Positions 13,884 through 27,244 of a DNA stretch of 64,000 bases are shown in pieces. This stretch comes from Heterodontus francisci (lineage: Eukaryota). The position numbers and the translations under genes were made by a program. Position 1 is the first letter of the stretch; every line of letters begins with the position of its first letter. The notes below the pieces were generated by a model. The model was not told where the DNA came from. It did not search any database and was given only the letters and a program-made list of their open reading frames with translations. The stretch is from NCBI RefSeq assembly GCF_036365525.1, contig NW_027141721.1, positions 248,001-312,000 on the forward strand. The letters are read 5' to 3'.

Positions 13884-14220
13884 AACAGTGACTCAGAGAG
13901 ATGGAGCAGTTCAACAAAAACCCCAAAGGCAACAGGAAACACCTGTTTCAGATAAACCCAGACGGTGCTGCGTCTTGTTGGGTGTTTTTATCATTGGGAA
14001 CATGTTTTTCACAAGAAGACAGGGCGGATTTAAATAGAACGAGATTAGATTTAGAGACAGTGGAAAATTGCGAGATAGAATTTCGAGGAATGAAACCGAT
14101 ACTGAGAAGTTATAACGATCAAAGAAGTCTGAACCAGAAAAGAGAAGACTGAAGGATAAACCTTTAGTGTTCTTAGAGAGATTCTGAAAGGGTTTAATGT
14201 GTGAAGTGCAGATTAGGTAC

Positions 14221-14293
<73 letters not shown>

Positions 14294-14910
14294 CAGACAT
14301 ACAGACAGATAGACAGGTAGGCNNNNNNNNNNNNNNNNNNNNNNNNNNNNNNNNNNNNNNNNNNNNNNNNNNNNNNNNNNNNNNNNNNNNNNNNNNNNNN
14401 NNNNNNNNNNNNNNNNNNNNNNNNNNNNNNNNNNNNNNNNNNNNNNNNNNNNNNNNNNNNNNNNNNNNNNNNNNNNNNNNNNNNNNNNNNNNNNNNNNNN
14501 NNNNNNNNNNNNNNNNNNNNNNNNNNNNNNNNNNNNNNNNNNNNNNNNNNNNNNNNNNNNNNNNNNNNNNNNNNNNNNNNNNNNNNNNNNNNNNNNNNNN
14601 NNNNNNNNNNNNNNNNNNNNNNNNNNNNNNNNNNNNNNNNNNNNNNNNNNNNNNNNNNNNNNNNNNNNNNNNNNNNNNNNNNNNNNNNNNNNNNNNNNNN
14701 NNNNNNNNNNNNNNNNNNNNNNNNNNNNNNNNNNNNNNNNNNNNNNNNNNNNNNNNNNNNNNNNNNNNNNNNNNNNNNNNNNNNNNNNNNNNNNNNNNNN
14801 NNNNNNNNNNNNNNNNNNNNNNNNNNNNNNNNNNNNNNNNNNNNNNNNNNNNNNNNNNNNNNNNNNNNNNNNNNNNNNNNNNNNNNNNNNNNNNNGATAG
14901 ATAGGTAAAT
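14221..14910. repeat. (GATA)n microsatellite spanning an assembly gap
   Basis: GATA repeats on both sides of the N run. Confidence 0.9.
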
Positions 14911-15189
14911 AGATATACAGACACTGTTGTGTTTTATTCACTGACAGTGTTGTCTTTCTCCACAGTGACAGCAGAGGGCGGTGTAGGACCGTGATAAGTA
15001 TCAGATTATTGATGATGTTTCAATCGGGACTTTGAAACTTGTCCATGAACATCTCCTGATAATTAAATAACTACATCCCGGTTACAGACTGGTGAACTGA
15101 ACACAAGGTACCGCAGATGCTGGATGGTTTCGGTTCTGGGTCCTCTGTCACTATATTGGTGCTCGTTGCATTTCTGGGTTATAAATAAA

Positions 15190-15700
15190 TAAGGATGGAA
15201 ATGTTAATCAGATCAGACAGCCTCTGTGGAGGGAGAAAAAAACATTCGCATATCAGGTCGTAGATCTTTCAACAGAACTGGAAGGATTTAGAGATCTATT
15301 AAGTTTTAAGCAGCACAAAGTCAGAGAGAGGGGGAATGGGAGAAATGCAAAAGAGATTTAATAACAAAACTGAGGCTGGTGCAAGACAAAATGGATGTTA
15401 ATGGGTCAAGTAAAGAACAAACGATGGGTCCAGAAGAGGCAGAACTGGCAGAAACACAATCATTACCAACAAGCCTCTGTCCAAATAAACCGGAGCAGTG
15501 GTTATGATCAGAAATGGTTAAATTGGCTGTTGAGTCCAGAAAGCTGTAAAGTGTCCGATTGAAAGATGAGGGGCTGTTCTTCGAGTTTCTGTTGAGCTTC
15601 ACTGGAGCAGAGGAGGAGGTCGAGGACAGAGAGGTCAGGGTGGGAGTGGGAATGGGAATTAAAAGTGTCCACTAACCAGAATCTCAGGGTCACTCTTGCT
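15190..15700 (-). mobile_element. Penelope-like element 3' fragment
   Basis: Minus-strand peptide EAQQKLEEQPLIFQSDTLQLSGLNSQFNHF, resembling the GIY-YIG C-terminus of Penelope elements. Confidence 0.65.
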
Positions 15701-16404
15701 GCCTGAATGCAGGATGTTCCACAATGCTGTCACCTTGGTGCTGTATTTGGTCTCTGCAGCTGGTCCCACTCCCCCTGCCCTTTCTAAATAACACTGCACA
15801 TTTTCCCTTCAGATAATTATCCAAATTTCCTTTTGAAAGCCACGATTGAACCTGCCTCCCCCGCACTCTCAGGTAGTGCATTCCAGATCCTCACCACTCA
15901 CTGTGTCAAAACGTTTCCTCAGTTCACCTTTGGATCTTTTGCCAATTACCTTCAGTAAGTGCCCTCTGGTTATCAATACATCCGCCCATGAAACACAGAG
16001 ACAGAGAGGGTGAATCAGGGAGACATAGAGAGGAAAAACTCAACGTAAAAGAACGGGACAGAGGGAGACAGAGAGAGAAATACACACACACACACACACA
16101 CACACAGAAAAAGAGAGAAAGAGATTGAAAGAGTGGGAGACATAAAGCTCGATACATGCAGAGAGAGAGAGTGAGGAACAATGAGTAAGAAAGAGAGAGG
16201 AAGGCGGATTGAGATCGATAGAGAGAGACATTGACAAACTACTCCACTCTGACTTGTTTACCTGGGCGTCACCATCTCTGCATCACTTCCTAATGCTCTT
16301 CCTGTTCCTCCCAATGATTTGTAAAGAGTGGGTTGGTTATTGACAACACTGATCACTCCTGCTCTCTCCCCTTTGCTGATTCAGAGGGCAGCTTAAAGTA
16401 AAAG

Positions 16405-16879
16405 ATGTATCTGTTACTGGCTCTGATCACCCTGTTTCACCGTAAGGCGTTTTATTAAAACAATAATTCTACTTAACATTTCTTTCGTTTTATTTTTCTT
16501 TGATTTTCTCTCTCTCCCCTTTCTCCCCACTGGACTGAATGTCCCTGTTTATTGATCTCTTCCTCTCCCTGTATCTTTCCCAGATGTGAACTCACAGACG
16601 ATGCACCAGACTCCCGCCGCTGTCTCCAAATTGTCTGGGGAGCAGGTGAAGCTGAAATGCACCGTGCAGGGCAGCAGTAACCCTGACATGTTCTGGTACA
16701 GACAACAGCCAGGGAAGGAGCCTCAGCTGATGTTTTACTCCCGAAGTGGACAAAGCGTGAACTCAGAGGGGACGGTGGAGGGTTTCACCGCCGAGAGACG
16801 GAGTAACTCCGAGTTCCACCTGGAGTCCTCCAGCCTGCGGGAGAATCACTCGGCCGTGTATTTCTGTGCCTGGAGTCTT
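16405..16879 (+). CDS. TRBV: TCR beta V segment V6 (leader 16405-16441, V exon 16584-16879), TRBV30-like
   Basis: SQTMHQ..CTVQGSSNPDMFWYRQ..AVYFCAWSL; RSS CACAGTG 16880-16886, 23 bp, ACAAAAACC 16910-16918. Confidence 0.94.
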
Positions 16880-17994
16880 CACAGTGACCCAGAGGGATGG
16901 AGCAGTTCAACAAAAACCCCAAAGGCAGCAGGAAACACATGTTTCAGATAAAACCAGGCGGTGCTGCGTCTTGTTGGGTGATTTCATCATTGGGAACATG
17001 TTCTTCACAAGAAGTCAGCGCGGATTTAAAGAGAAAGTGAGAGGTTAGATTTCGAAGCACCGAGGAATTGCGAATTAGACTTTACAGGAACACAGAGTTT
17101 AAAGCGAACATGATAGTTTGAATATCGGGGTATCTTTGCTCCAGAAAAGAGAAGAATGAAGGGTAAACCTTCAGCGGTCTTAGAGAGATTGTTAAAGATT
17201 TTAATATGTGAAGTGAAGATCAGAAACAACAGCGAGAGAGACAGAGATTGATAGAGAGATCGAGAGAGATACAGAGAGAGATGANNNNNNNNNNNNNNNN
17301 NNNNNNNNNNNNNNNNNNNNNNNNNNNNNNNNNNNNNNNNNNNNNNNNNNNNNNNNNNNNNNNNNNNNNNNNNNNNNNNNNNNNNNNNNNNNNNNNNNNN
17401 NNNNNNNNNNNNNNNNNNNNNNNNNNNNNNNNNNNNNNNNNNNNNNNNNNNNNNNNNNNNNNNNNNNNNNNGAGAGGGAAATAAATAGAGATGGATAGAT
17501 AGATAGAGAGAGACAGAGAGAGATTGATAGATAGAGAGATAGATAGAGAGAGGGAGAAAGAGAGACACGGATAGAGAGAGGGAGAGAGACAGAGACAGTG
17601 AGAGAGAGATAAAGAGAAGTAGAGAGAGAGATAGAGAGAGAGGGAAAGATAGAGAGAGATGGATGGATTGATGAATGGATATTGAAGGTGTGGTTTTATG
17701 TCACTGTGTTTTCTTTCTCCAAAGGGACAGTAGAGTGCGCTGTTGGACCATGATAAACATCAGAGTCTGAAACACACTTTAACAGTGACCTGGGAACACA
17801 AGGAGTTCATTCATCACCTCGGAAACATTCCGACCTTCACTGTGATCATGAAATAAAGACAAGAAATCCTGGAACCACTCAGCGGGTCTGGCAGCATCTG
17901 TGGAAAGAGAAGCTGAGTTAACGTTTCGGGTCAGTGACCCTTCTTTCGGGTCAGTAATCCTTTATTTCACTGAGATCATGACTGATCGATAACT

Positions 17995-18350
17995 TCCCCT
18001 CGCTCTCTCTCTCCAACCCTCTCTCTCCCTCTCTCCATCCCTCTCTTTCTCCATCCCTCTCTCTCCCTCTCTCTCTATCCCTCTCGCTCCCACTCTCCAT
18101 CCTCTCTCTTCCTGTCTCCATCCCTCTCTCTCCCTCTCTCTCTCCATCCTTCTCTCATCCTCTCTCCATCTCTCTCCCTCCATCTCTCTCCATCCCTCTC
18201 TCTCCTACACTCTCCATCCCTCTCTCTGCTCCTCTCCATCCCTCTCTCTTCCTATCTCCATTCCTCTCTCTCCCTCTCTCGCCATCCATCTCTGCCTCTC
18301 TCGCCATCATGCTCTCTCCCTCTCTCTCCATCCCACTCTCTCACTCTCGC
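17995..18350. repeat. CT-rich simple repeat (CTCTCCATCC-like units)
   Basis: Directly visible. Confidence 0.9.
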
Positions 18351-19134
18351 TACCAAGCTGGTGTAAAATGAGAGAATGCCAATTAACATCCCTGTCTTTT
18401 ACAGGGCAGTGACTGTCTCTCTATCTAGCTCGTTATTTTTCTACCTACATGACTTTCCCTCGATCTCCCTATATCTCTACCTCTCTCTATAGCTGTCTGT
18501 CAACCTGACTGACTCTCTATCTATCTATCTCTCTACCTGATTATCTAGCTCTCTGTCTCTGTATGTATCAAACTCTATCTTTAGGTGATTACAGTTTGTA
18601 TGAACTTATTAAACATGTTGCAGTAATGTAATAAATGACCGTCTTTTCATAGATTTTCTATATATTGACCAGCAGAAGATGTGGTTTGTCATCAATTATC
18701 TATCAAAATCCTCTATGATCTTCAATATCTGTATCACATCTACCATTAACCTTCGCTGCTCTAAGGAGAGAAACCCCCAGCTTCTCCAGTCTCTCCACAG
18801 TAACTGAAGTCCCTCATCCCTGGTAACAGATGGTTAATCTCTTTCTAACCTTCACTACACAGAGGCGAACAACTCCCCAATTCACAGGAACTAACTCAGC
18901 TCAGAACCATTAACCATCTGAGCGCTGTTTCACACTGTTCAAAGGTGAGACCCCTCTCCAGATACCTTCATCTCTGGGACACCTGCCTCCTGACAGCGAG
19001 TTCATAAGCTGCTGAAACCTGTTTAGCCACTTTCATTTTAGACTCGAGTCACATTTGATGTGTTTTTCAAAGAAATTAGCAGATCAGACCAGTGAACAAT
19101 TTAACCCTTTAACTCCCATTCACCACGGAGGTTC

Positions 19135-19490
19135 GGCAGCAGAGCAGTTATGTTACTGGACTCGTAATCCAGAGGCATGGACTAATGATCTCCAGACTTG
19201 AGTTCAATTCCCACTGGGGCAGAAATGCAATTTAAATTCAATTAATTAAATAAATAAAAATCTATCAGAGACACTATGAGTAATCATGAACATGGAGTGT
19301 CGGAAAAACCCAACGTCTTCATTGATTACCTTCAGGGAAGGAAATCTGCCATTCATACCCGGTCTGGCCTATATCTGATTGCAGACCCACAGCAATGTAG
19401 TTGACTACTAACTGCCCTCTGATATGGCCTAGCAGGTATTCCCGAAGATGGTTCACGACCACCTTCTCAGAGGCAATAAGGGATGGGCAC
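19135..19490 (+). mobile_element. tRNA-derived SINE, duplicated with the V7-family unit (also about 21385, 23600, 25780)
   Basis: B-box-like GAGTTCAATTCCC; 3' tail ACCACCTTCTCA..GGCAAT..GGGATGGG shared with the LINE ends at about 4440 and 29800. Confidence 0.65.
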
Positions 19491-19777
19491 ACTCTCTGGG
19501 TATAGAGGGTTGTTTCCCTGAATTCTACTCTATCAAAGCGCTTTCTGACATGTGAACATCTCCATTCAATCTCCCCCTATCCTCCTGTGTTGTATCATTC
19601 TACAACATTGCTAACCAATGTAATGGGGTGGAGCAGAGTGTCGCAGTAAGTGACTGCCAATCACAATGACAACCGGATGCTGTGTATTTATTTGGATACA
19701 ATATAGAAGCCGCCTGCAAGTGTGTTGTTGAAAACTCCACACGTTCACACATCGAGTTAGTATCGAATGAAGAAATC

Positions 19778-20612
19778 ATGTTGCATGAAGTTCTCAGTCT
19801 AATCTTGATGGCTGCACTCTTCCCACGTAAGTCAAAGTCAGAAACTGTGTCGAATAATGTATTGTAAAGTCAGCGGTAATTCTGTTCCATAACACTGCTG
19901 TGTCAGAGTCTCACTCCAGAACACTTGAGCTCAAAGGCAAAACTAACACCCCAGGTGTCAGGGCTGAGGGAGTGCTGGACTATCGCAGAGGCAGTACTGC
20001 GGGTGTGCTGCACTGTCGCAGAGGCAGTACTGAGGAAGTGCTGCACTGTCGCAGAGGCAGTACTGAGGGAGTGCAGCACTGTCACAGAGGCAGTACTGAG
20101 GGAGTGCTGCACTGTTGCAGAGGCAGTACTGAGGGAGTGCCGCACTTTCGCAGAGGCAGTAATGAGCGAGTAACTACATTGGTTGCAAGGCCCTTTCTGA
20201 TGCCCTGAGGTCCTGAACGGCGATATATTAATGTAAGCCCTCTCTTTCTTGTAATGCAGCCCCTGCTCCAATCCATTATTGACTGAAATAATAATCTAAT
20301 CGATGTTCTGTCCCACAGGAATACTCTCCTCCGATGTGGAACAGACACCCTCTATCCTATCGCTTTCCGCAGGAGAGTCGACAACACTCAGATGCACGCT
20401 GAAGAATACTGCCTATCTTACAATGTACTGGTACAGACAACAACCAGACAGGGCACTGGAAGCTCTGTTCTATTCTGCTGGAACAGGGACTGTTACCAAT
20501 TACACGTCCGAGTCATTTAAGGCAGACAGAGCCAGCAATACACTGTTTACTTTGGCACTGAGAGACGCCGCTCCGTCTCACACCGCTGTCTATTTCTGCG
20601 CTTGTAGTATCG
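19778..20612 (+). CDS. TRBV: TCR beta V segment V7 (leader 19778-19826, V exon 20319-20612), CACS family
   Basis: Leader MLHEVLSLILMAALFP; VEQTP..LRC..WYRQ..AVYFCACSI; RSS CACAGTG 20613-20619, 23 bp, GCAAAAACC 20643-20651. Confidence 0.93.
19965..20165. repeat. 33-bp minisatellite in the V leader intron (also about 22215-22385, 24430-24600, 26600-26805, 28690-28735)
   Basis: Unit GCAGAGGCAGTACTGAGGGAGTGCTGCACTGTC. Confidence 0.92.
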
Positions 20613-22026
20613 CACAGTGTTTGAGAAAGCGGATCTGCAGCTGCAAAAACCTGCAGCGGATGAACGTGAGTTCAGTGCTCATCTTCAACTGGCAGGGGGC
20701 AGCAGTAGATTGAAGCTTATTGTTCATATCTATCTGTCCACCTGATTGTTTATCTCTCTGTCTCTCTATCTATCTATCTCTTTACCTGGTTATCTATCTC
20801 TCTGTCTCTCTATCTATCTAACTCTATCTTTAGGTAATTACAGTTTGTATGAACTAATTAAACATACTGCAGTAATGTAATGAATGACCATCTTTTCATC
20901 GACTTTCTATATAAAGACCAGTAGAAGATGTGATTTGTCATCAATTATCTATCAAAATCCTCTATGATCTTCAATATCTGTATCACATCTACCATTAACC
21001 TTCTCTGCTCCAAGGGCAGAAACCCCCAGCTTCTCCAGTCTCTCCACAGTAACTGAAGTCCCTCATCCCTGATACCAGTCTGGTTAATCTCCCTCTAACC
21101 TTCACAAAACAGAGGCGAACAACCCCCCAATGCACAGGAACTAACTCAGCACAGAACCATTAACCATCTGAGCGCTGTTTCACACTGTTCAAAGGTGAGA
21201 CCCCTCTCCAGATAACTTCATCTCTGGGACACCTGCCTCCTGACAGCGAGTTCAGAAGCTGCTGAAAACTCTTTACCCACTTTCATCTTAGACTCGAGTC
21301 ACATTTAATGTGTTCTTCAAAGAAACTAGCAGTTCAGACCAGTGAACAATTTAACCCTTTAACTCCCATTCACCACGGAGGTTCGGCAGCAGAGCAGTTA
21401 TGTTACTGGGCTAGTAATCCAGAGGCCTGGACTAATGATCCCCAGACTTGAGTTCAATTCCCACCAGGGCAGAAATGCAATTTAAATTCAATTAATTAAA
21501 TAAATAAAAATCTAGAATGGAAAGTATGAGTAATCCTGAACATGGAGTGTCTTAAAAACCCAACGTCTTCATTGATTACCTTCAGGGAATGAAATCCGCC
21601 ATTCCTACCAGGTCTGGCCTATATGTGACTGCAGACCCACAGCAATGTGGTTGACTATTAACTGCCCTCTGATATGGCCCAGCAGGTATTCCCGAAGATG
21701 GTTCACCATCACCTTCTCAGGGGCAATAAGGGATGGGCACACTCTCTGGGTATAGAGGGTAGTTTCCCTGAATTCTACTCTATCAAATCCCTTTCTGAAA
21801 TGTGAACATCTCCATTCAATCTCCCCCTATCCCCTTGTGTTGCATCATTCAACAACAGTGCTATACAATGTAATGGGGTGGAGCAGAGTGTGCAGTAAGT
21901 GACTGCCAATCACAATGACAACCGGATGCTGGGTATTTAATTGGATACAATATAGAAACCGCCTGCAAGTGTGTTGTTGAAAACGCCACACGTTCACACA
22001 TCGAGTTAGTATCGAATGAAGAAATC

Positions 22027-22828
22027 ATGTTGCATGAAGTTCTCAGTCTAATCTTGATGGCTGCACTCTTCCCACGTAAGTCAAAGTCAGAAACTGTGTC
22101 GAATAATGTATTGTAATGTCAGCGGTGATCCTGTTCCATCACACTGCTGTGTCAGAGTCTCACTCCAGAACACTTGAGCTCAAAGTCAAAACTAATACCC
22201 CAGGTGTCAGGGCTGTGGGAGTGCTGGACTGTCGCAGAGGCAGTACTGAGGGTGTGCTGCACTGTCGCAGAGGCAGTACTGAGGGAGTGCTGCACTGTCG
22301 CAGAGGCAGTACTGAGGGAGTGCTGCACTGTTGCAGAGGCAGTACTGAGGGAGTGCCGCACTTTCGCAGAGGCAGTAATGAGGGAGTAACTACATTGGTT
22401 GCAAAGCCGTTTCTGATGCCCTGAGGTCCTGAACGGCGATATATTAATGTAAGCCCTCTCTTTCTTGTAATGCAGCCCCTGCTCCAATCCATTATTGACT
22501 GAAATAATAATCTAATCGATGTTCCGTCCCACAGGAATACTCTCCTCCTATGTGGAACAGTCGCCCTCTATCCTATCGATTTCCGCATCAGAGTCGACAA
22601 CACTCAGATGCACGCTGAAGAATACTGGCTATCCTGCAATGTACTGGTACAGACAACAACCAGACAGGGCACTGGAAGCTCTGTTCTATTCTGTTGGAAC
22701 AGGGTCTGTCACCAATTACACGTCCGAGTCATTTAAGGCAGACAGAGCCAGCGATACACTGTTTACTTTGGCACTGAGAGACGCCGCTCCATCTCACACC
22801 GCTGTCTATTTCTGCGCTTGTAGTATCG
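22027..22828 (+). CDS. TRBV: TCR beta V segment V8 (leader 22027-22075, V exon 22535-22828), CACS family
   Basis: Open V domain; RSS CACAGTG 22829-22835, GCAAAAACC 22859-22867. Confidence 0.93.
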
Positions 22829-24242
22829 CACAGTGTTTGAGAAAGCGGATCAGCAGCTGCAAAAACCTGCAGCGGATGAACGGGAGTTCAGTGCTCATCT
22901 TCAACTGGCAGGGGTCAGCAGTAGATTGAAGCTTATTGTTCATATCTATCTGTCCACCTGATTGTTTATCTCTCTGTCTCTCTATCTATCTATCTCTCTA
23001 CCTGGTTATCTATCTCTCTGTTTCTCTATCTATCTAACTCTATCTTTAGGTAATTACAGTTTGTATGAACTAATTAAACATACTGCAGTAATGTAATGAA
23101 TGACCATCTTTTCATCGACTTTCTATATAAAGACCAGTAGAAGATGTGATTTGTCATCAATTATCTATCAAAATCCTCTATGATCTTCAATATCTGTATC
23201 ACATCTACCATTAACCTTCTCTGCTCCAAGGGCAGAAACCCCCAGCTTCTCCAGTCTCTCCACAGTAACTGAAGTCCCTCATCCCTGATACCAGTCTGGT
23301 TAATCTCCCTCTAACCTTCACAAAACAGAGGCGAACAACCCCCCAATGCACAGGAACTAACTCAGCACAGAACCATTAACCATCTGAGCGCTGTTTCACA
23401 CTGTTCAAAGGTGAGACCCCTCTCCAGATAACTTCATCTCTGGGACACCTGCCTCCTGACAGCGAGTTCAGAAGCTGCTGAAAACTCTTTACCCACTTTC
23501 ATCTTAGACTCGAGTCACATTTAATGTGTTCTTCAAAGAAACTAGCAGTTCAGACCAGTGAACAATTTAACCCTTTAACTCCCATTCACCACGGAGGTTC
23601 GGCAGCAGAGCAGTTATGTTACTGGGCTAGTAATCCAGAGGCCTGGACTAATGATCCCCAGACTTGAGTTCAATTCCCACCAGGGCAGAAATGCAATTTA
23701 AATTCAATTAATTAAATAAATAAAAATCTAGAATGGAAAGTATGAGTAATCCTGAACATGGAGTGTCTTAAAAACCCAACGTCTTCATTGATTACCTTCA
23801 GGGAATGAAATCCGCCATTCCTACCAGGTCTGGCCTATATGTGACTGCAGACCCACAGCAATGTGGTTGACTATTAACTGCCCTCTGATATGGCCCAGCA
23901 GGTATTCCCGAAGATGGTTCACCATCACCTTCTCAGGGGCAATAAGGGATGGGCACACTCTCTGGGTATAGAGGGTAGTTTCCCTGAATTCTACTCTATC
24001 AAATCCCTTTCTGAAATGTGAACATCTCCATTCAATCTCCCCCTATCCCCTTGTGTTGCATCATTCAACAACAGTGCTATACAATGTAATGGGGTGGAGC
24101 AGAGTGTGCAGTAAGTGACTGCCAATCACAATGACAACCGGATGCTGGGTATTTAATTGGATACAATATAGAAACCGCCTGCAAGTGTGTTGTTGAAAAC
24201 GCCACACGTTCACACATCGAGTTAGTATCGAATGAAGAAATC

Positions 24243-25044
24243 ATGTTGCATGAAGTTCTCAGTCTAATCTTGATGGCTGCACTCTTCCCACGTAAGTCAA
24301 AGTCAGAAACTGTGTCGAATAATGTATTGTAATGTCAGCGGTGATCCTGTTCCATCACACTGCTGTGTCAGAGTCTCACTCCAGAACACTTGAGCTCAAA
24401 GTCAAAACTAATACCCCAGGTGTCAGGGCTGTGGGAGTGCTGGACTGTCGCAGAGGCAGTACTGAGGGTGTGCTGCACTGTCGCAGAGGCAGTACTGAGG
24501 GAGTGCTGCACTGTCGCAGAGGCAGTACTGAGGGAGTGCTGCACTGTTGCAGAGGCAGTACTGAGGGAGTGCCGCACTTTCGCAGAGGCAGTAATGAGGG
24601 AGTAACTACATTGGTTGCAAAGCCGTTTCTGATGCCCTGAGGTCCTGAACGGCGATATATTAATGTAAGCCCTCTCTTTCTTGTAATGCAGCCCCTGCTC
24701 CAATCCATTATTGACTGAAATAATAATCTAATCGATGTTCCGTCCCACAGGAATACTCTCCTCCTATGTGGAACAGTCGCCCTCTATCCTATCGATTTCC
24801 GCATCAGAGTCGACAACACTCAGATGCACGCTGAAGAATACTGGCTATCCTGCAATGTACTGGTACAGACAACAACCAGACAGGGCACTGGAAGCTCTGT
24901 TCTATTCTGTTGGAACAGGGTCTGTCACCAATTACACGTCCGAGTCATTTAAGGCAGACAGAGCCAGCGATACACTGTTTACTTTGGCACTGAGAGACGC
25001 CGCTCCATCTCACACCGCTGTCTATTTCTGCGCTTGTAGTATCG
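24243..25044 (+). CDS. TRBV: TCR beta V segment V9 (leader 24243-24291, V exon 24751-25044), protein identical to V8
   Basis: 2216-bp tandem duplicate of V8; RSS 25045-25083. Confidence 0.88.
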
Positions 25045-26417
25045 CACAGTGTTTGAGAAAGCGGATCAGCAGCTGCAAAAACCTGCAGCGGATGAACGGG
25101 AGTTCAGTGCTCATCTTCAACTGGCAGGGGTCAGCAGTAGATTGAAGCTTATTGTTCATATCTATCTGTCCACCTGATTGTTTATCTCTCTGTCTCTCTA
25201 TCTATCTATCTCTCTACCTGGTTATCTATCTCTCTGTCTCTCTATCTATCTAACTCTATCTTTAGGTAATTACAGTTTGTATGAACTAATTAAACAGACT
25301 GCAGTAATGTAATGAATGACCATCTTTTCATAGATTTTCTATATCTTGACCAGTAGAAGATGTGGTTAGTCATCAATTATCTATCAAAATCCTCTATGAT
25401 CTTCAATATCTGTATCACATCTACCATTAACCTTCTCTGCTCCAAGGGCAGAAACCCCCAGCTTCACCAGTCTCTCCACAGTAACTGAAGTCCCTCATCC
25501 CTGATACCAGTCTGGTTAATCTCCCTCTAAACTTCACTACACAGAGGCGAACAACCCCCTCATGCACAGGAACTAACTCAGCGCAGAACCATTAACCATC
25601 TGAGCGCTGTTTCACAGTGTTCAAAGTGAGACCCCTCTCCAGTTCAGAAGCTGCTGAAAACTCTTTACCCACTTTCATCTTAGACTCGAGTCACATTTGA
25701 TGTGTTCTTCAAAGAAACTAGCAGTTCAGACCAGTGAACAATTTAACCCTTTAACCGCCATTCAGCAAGGAGGCACGGTAGCAGAGCAGTTATGTTACTG
25801 GACTAGTAATCCAGAGGCCTGGACTAATGATCCCCAGACATGAGTTCAATTCTCACCAGGGCAGAAATTGAATTTAAATTTAATTAAGTAAATAAATAAA
25901 ATCTGTAATGGAAAGTAAGAGCAATTCTGAACATGGAGTGTCGTAAAAACCTAACGTATTCATTGATGACCTTCAGGGAAGGAAATCTGCCATTCTTACC
26001 CGGTCTGGCCTATATGTGACTGCAGACCCACAGCAATGTAGTTGACTATTAACTGCCCTCTGATATGGCCCAGCAGGTAATTCCGAAGATGGTTTACCAC
26101 CACCTTCTCAGAGGCAATAAGGGATGGGCACACTCTCTGGGTATAGAGGGTTGCTTCCCTGAATTATACTCTATCAAATCCCTTTCTGAAATGTGAACAC
26201 CTCTATTCAATCTCCCCCTATCCCCTTGTGTTGCATCATTCTACAACATTGCTATGTAAAGTAATGGGGAGGAGCAGAGTGTCACAGTAAGTGACTGCCA
26301 ATAACAATGACAACCGGATGCTGGTTTTTAATTGGATATAATATAGAAACCGCCTGCAAGTGTGTTGTTGAAAACTCCACACGTTCACACATCGAGTTGG
26401 TATCGGATGAAGAAATC

Positions 26418-27244
26418 ATGTTGCATGAAGTTCTCTGTCTAATCTTGATGGCTGCATTCTTCCCACGTAAGTCAAAGTCAGAAACTGTGTCGAATAACGT
26501 ACTGTAATGTTAGCGGTGATTCTGTCCGGAACACTCCTGTGTCAGAGTCTCACTCCAGAACACTTCAGCTCAAAATCAAGGCTGAACACCCCGGGTGGCA
26601 TGACTGAGGGAGTGCTGCACTGTCGCAGAGGCAGTACTGGAGAAGTGCTGCACTGTCACAGAGGCAGTACTGAGGTAGTGCTGCACTGTCGCAGAGGCAG
26701 TCCTGAGGTAGTGCTGCACTGTCGCACAGGCAGTACTGAGGTAGTGCTGCACTGTCGCACAGGCAGTACTGAGGGAGTGCTGCACTGTCGCAGAGGCAGT
26801 ACTGATTGAGCAACTACATTGGTTGCAAAGCCCTTTCTGAGGTCCTGAACGGCGCTATGTTAATGTAAGCCCTTTCTTTCTTGCAATGCAGTCCCTCCTC
26901 TAATCCGCTATTGACTGAAATAATAATCTAATCGATGTTCCATTCCACAGGAATACTCTCCTCCTATGTGGAACAGTCTCCCTCGATCCTATCGATTGCA
27001 GAAGGAGAGTCGACAACACTCAGATGCACGCTGACCAATACTGGCTGGACCTTAATGTACTGGTACAGACAACAACCAGACAGGGCACTGGAAGCTCTGT
27101 TCTATTCTGCTACAGAAGTGACTGTTACCAATTACACATCCGAGTCATTTATGGCAGTCAGATTCAGCGATACACTGTTTACTTTGGCACTGAGAAACGC
27201 TGCTACATCTCACACCGCTGTCTATTTTTGCACTTGCAGTATCG
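26418..27244 (+). CDS. TRBV: TCR beta V segment V10 (leader 26418-26466, V exon 26951-27244); degenerate nonamer
   Basis: Open V domain ending YFCTCSI; CACAGTG 27245-27251; nonamer GCATCAACC 27275-27283. Confidence 0.9.

Noticed and set aside
14961-14999. Isolated CACAGTG as an RSS
   Set aside because: No nonamer at 12 or 23 bp and no adjacent coding segment
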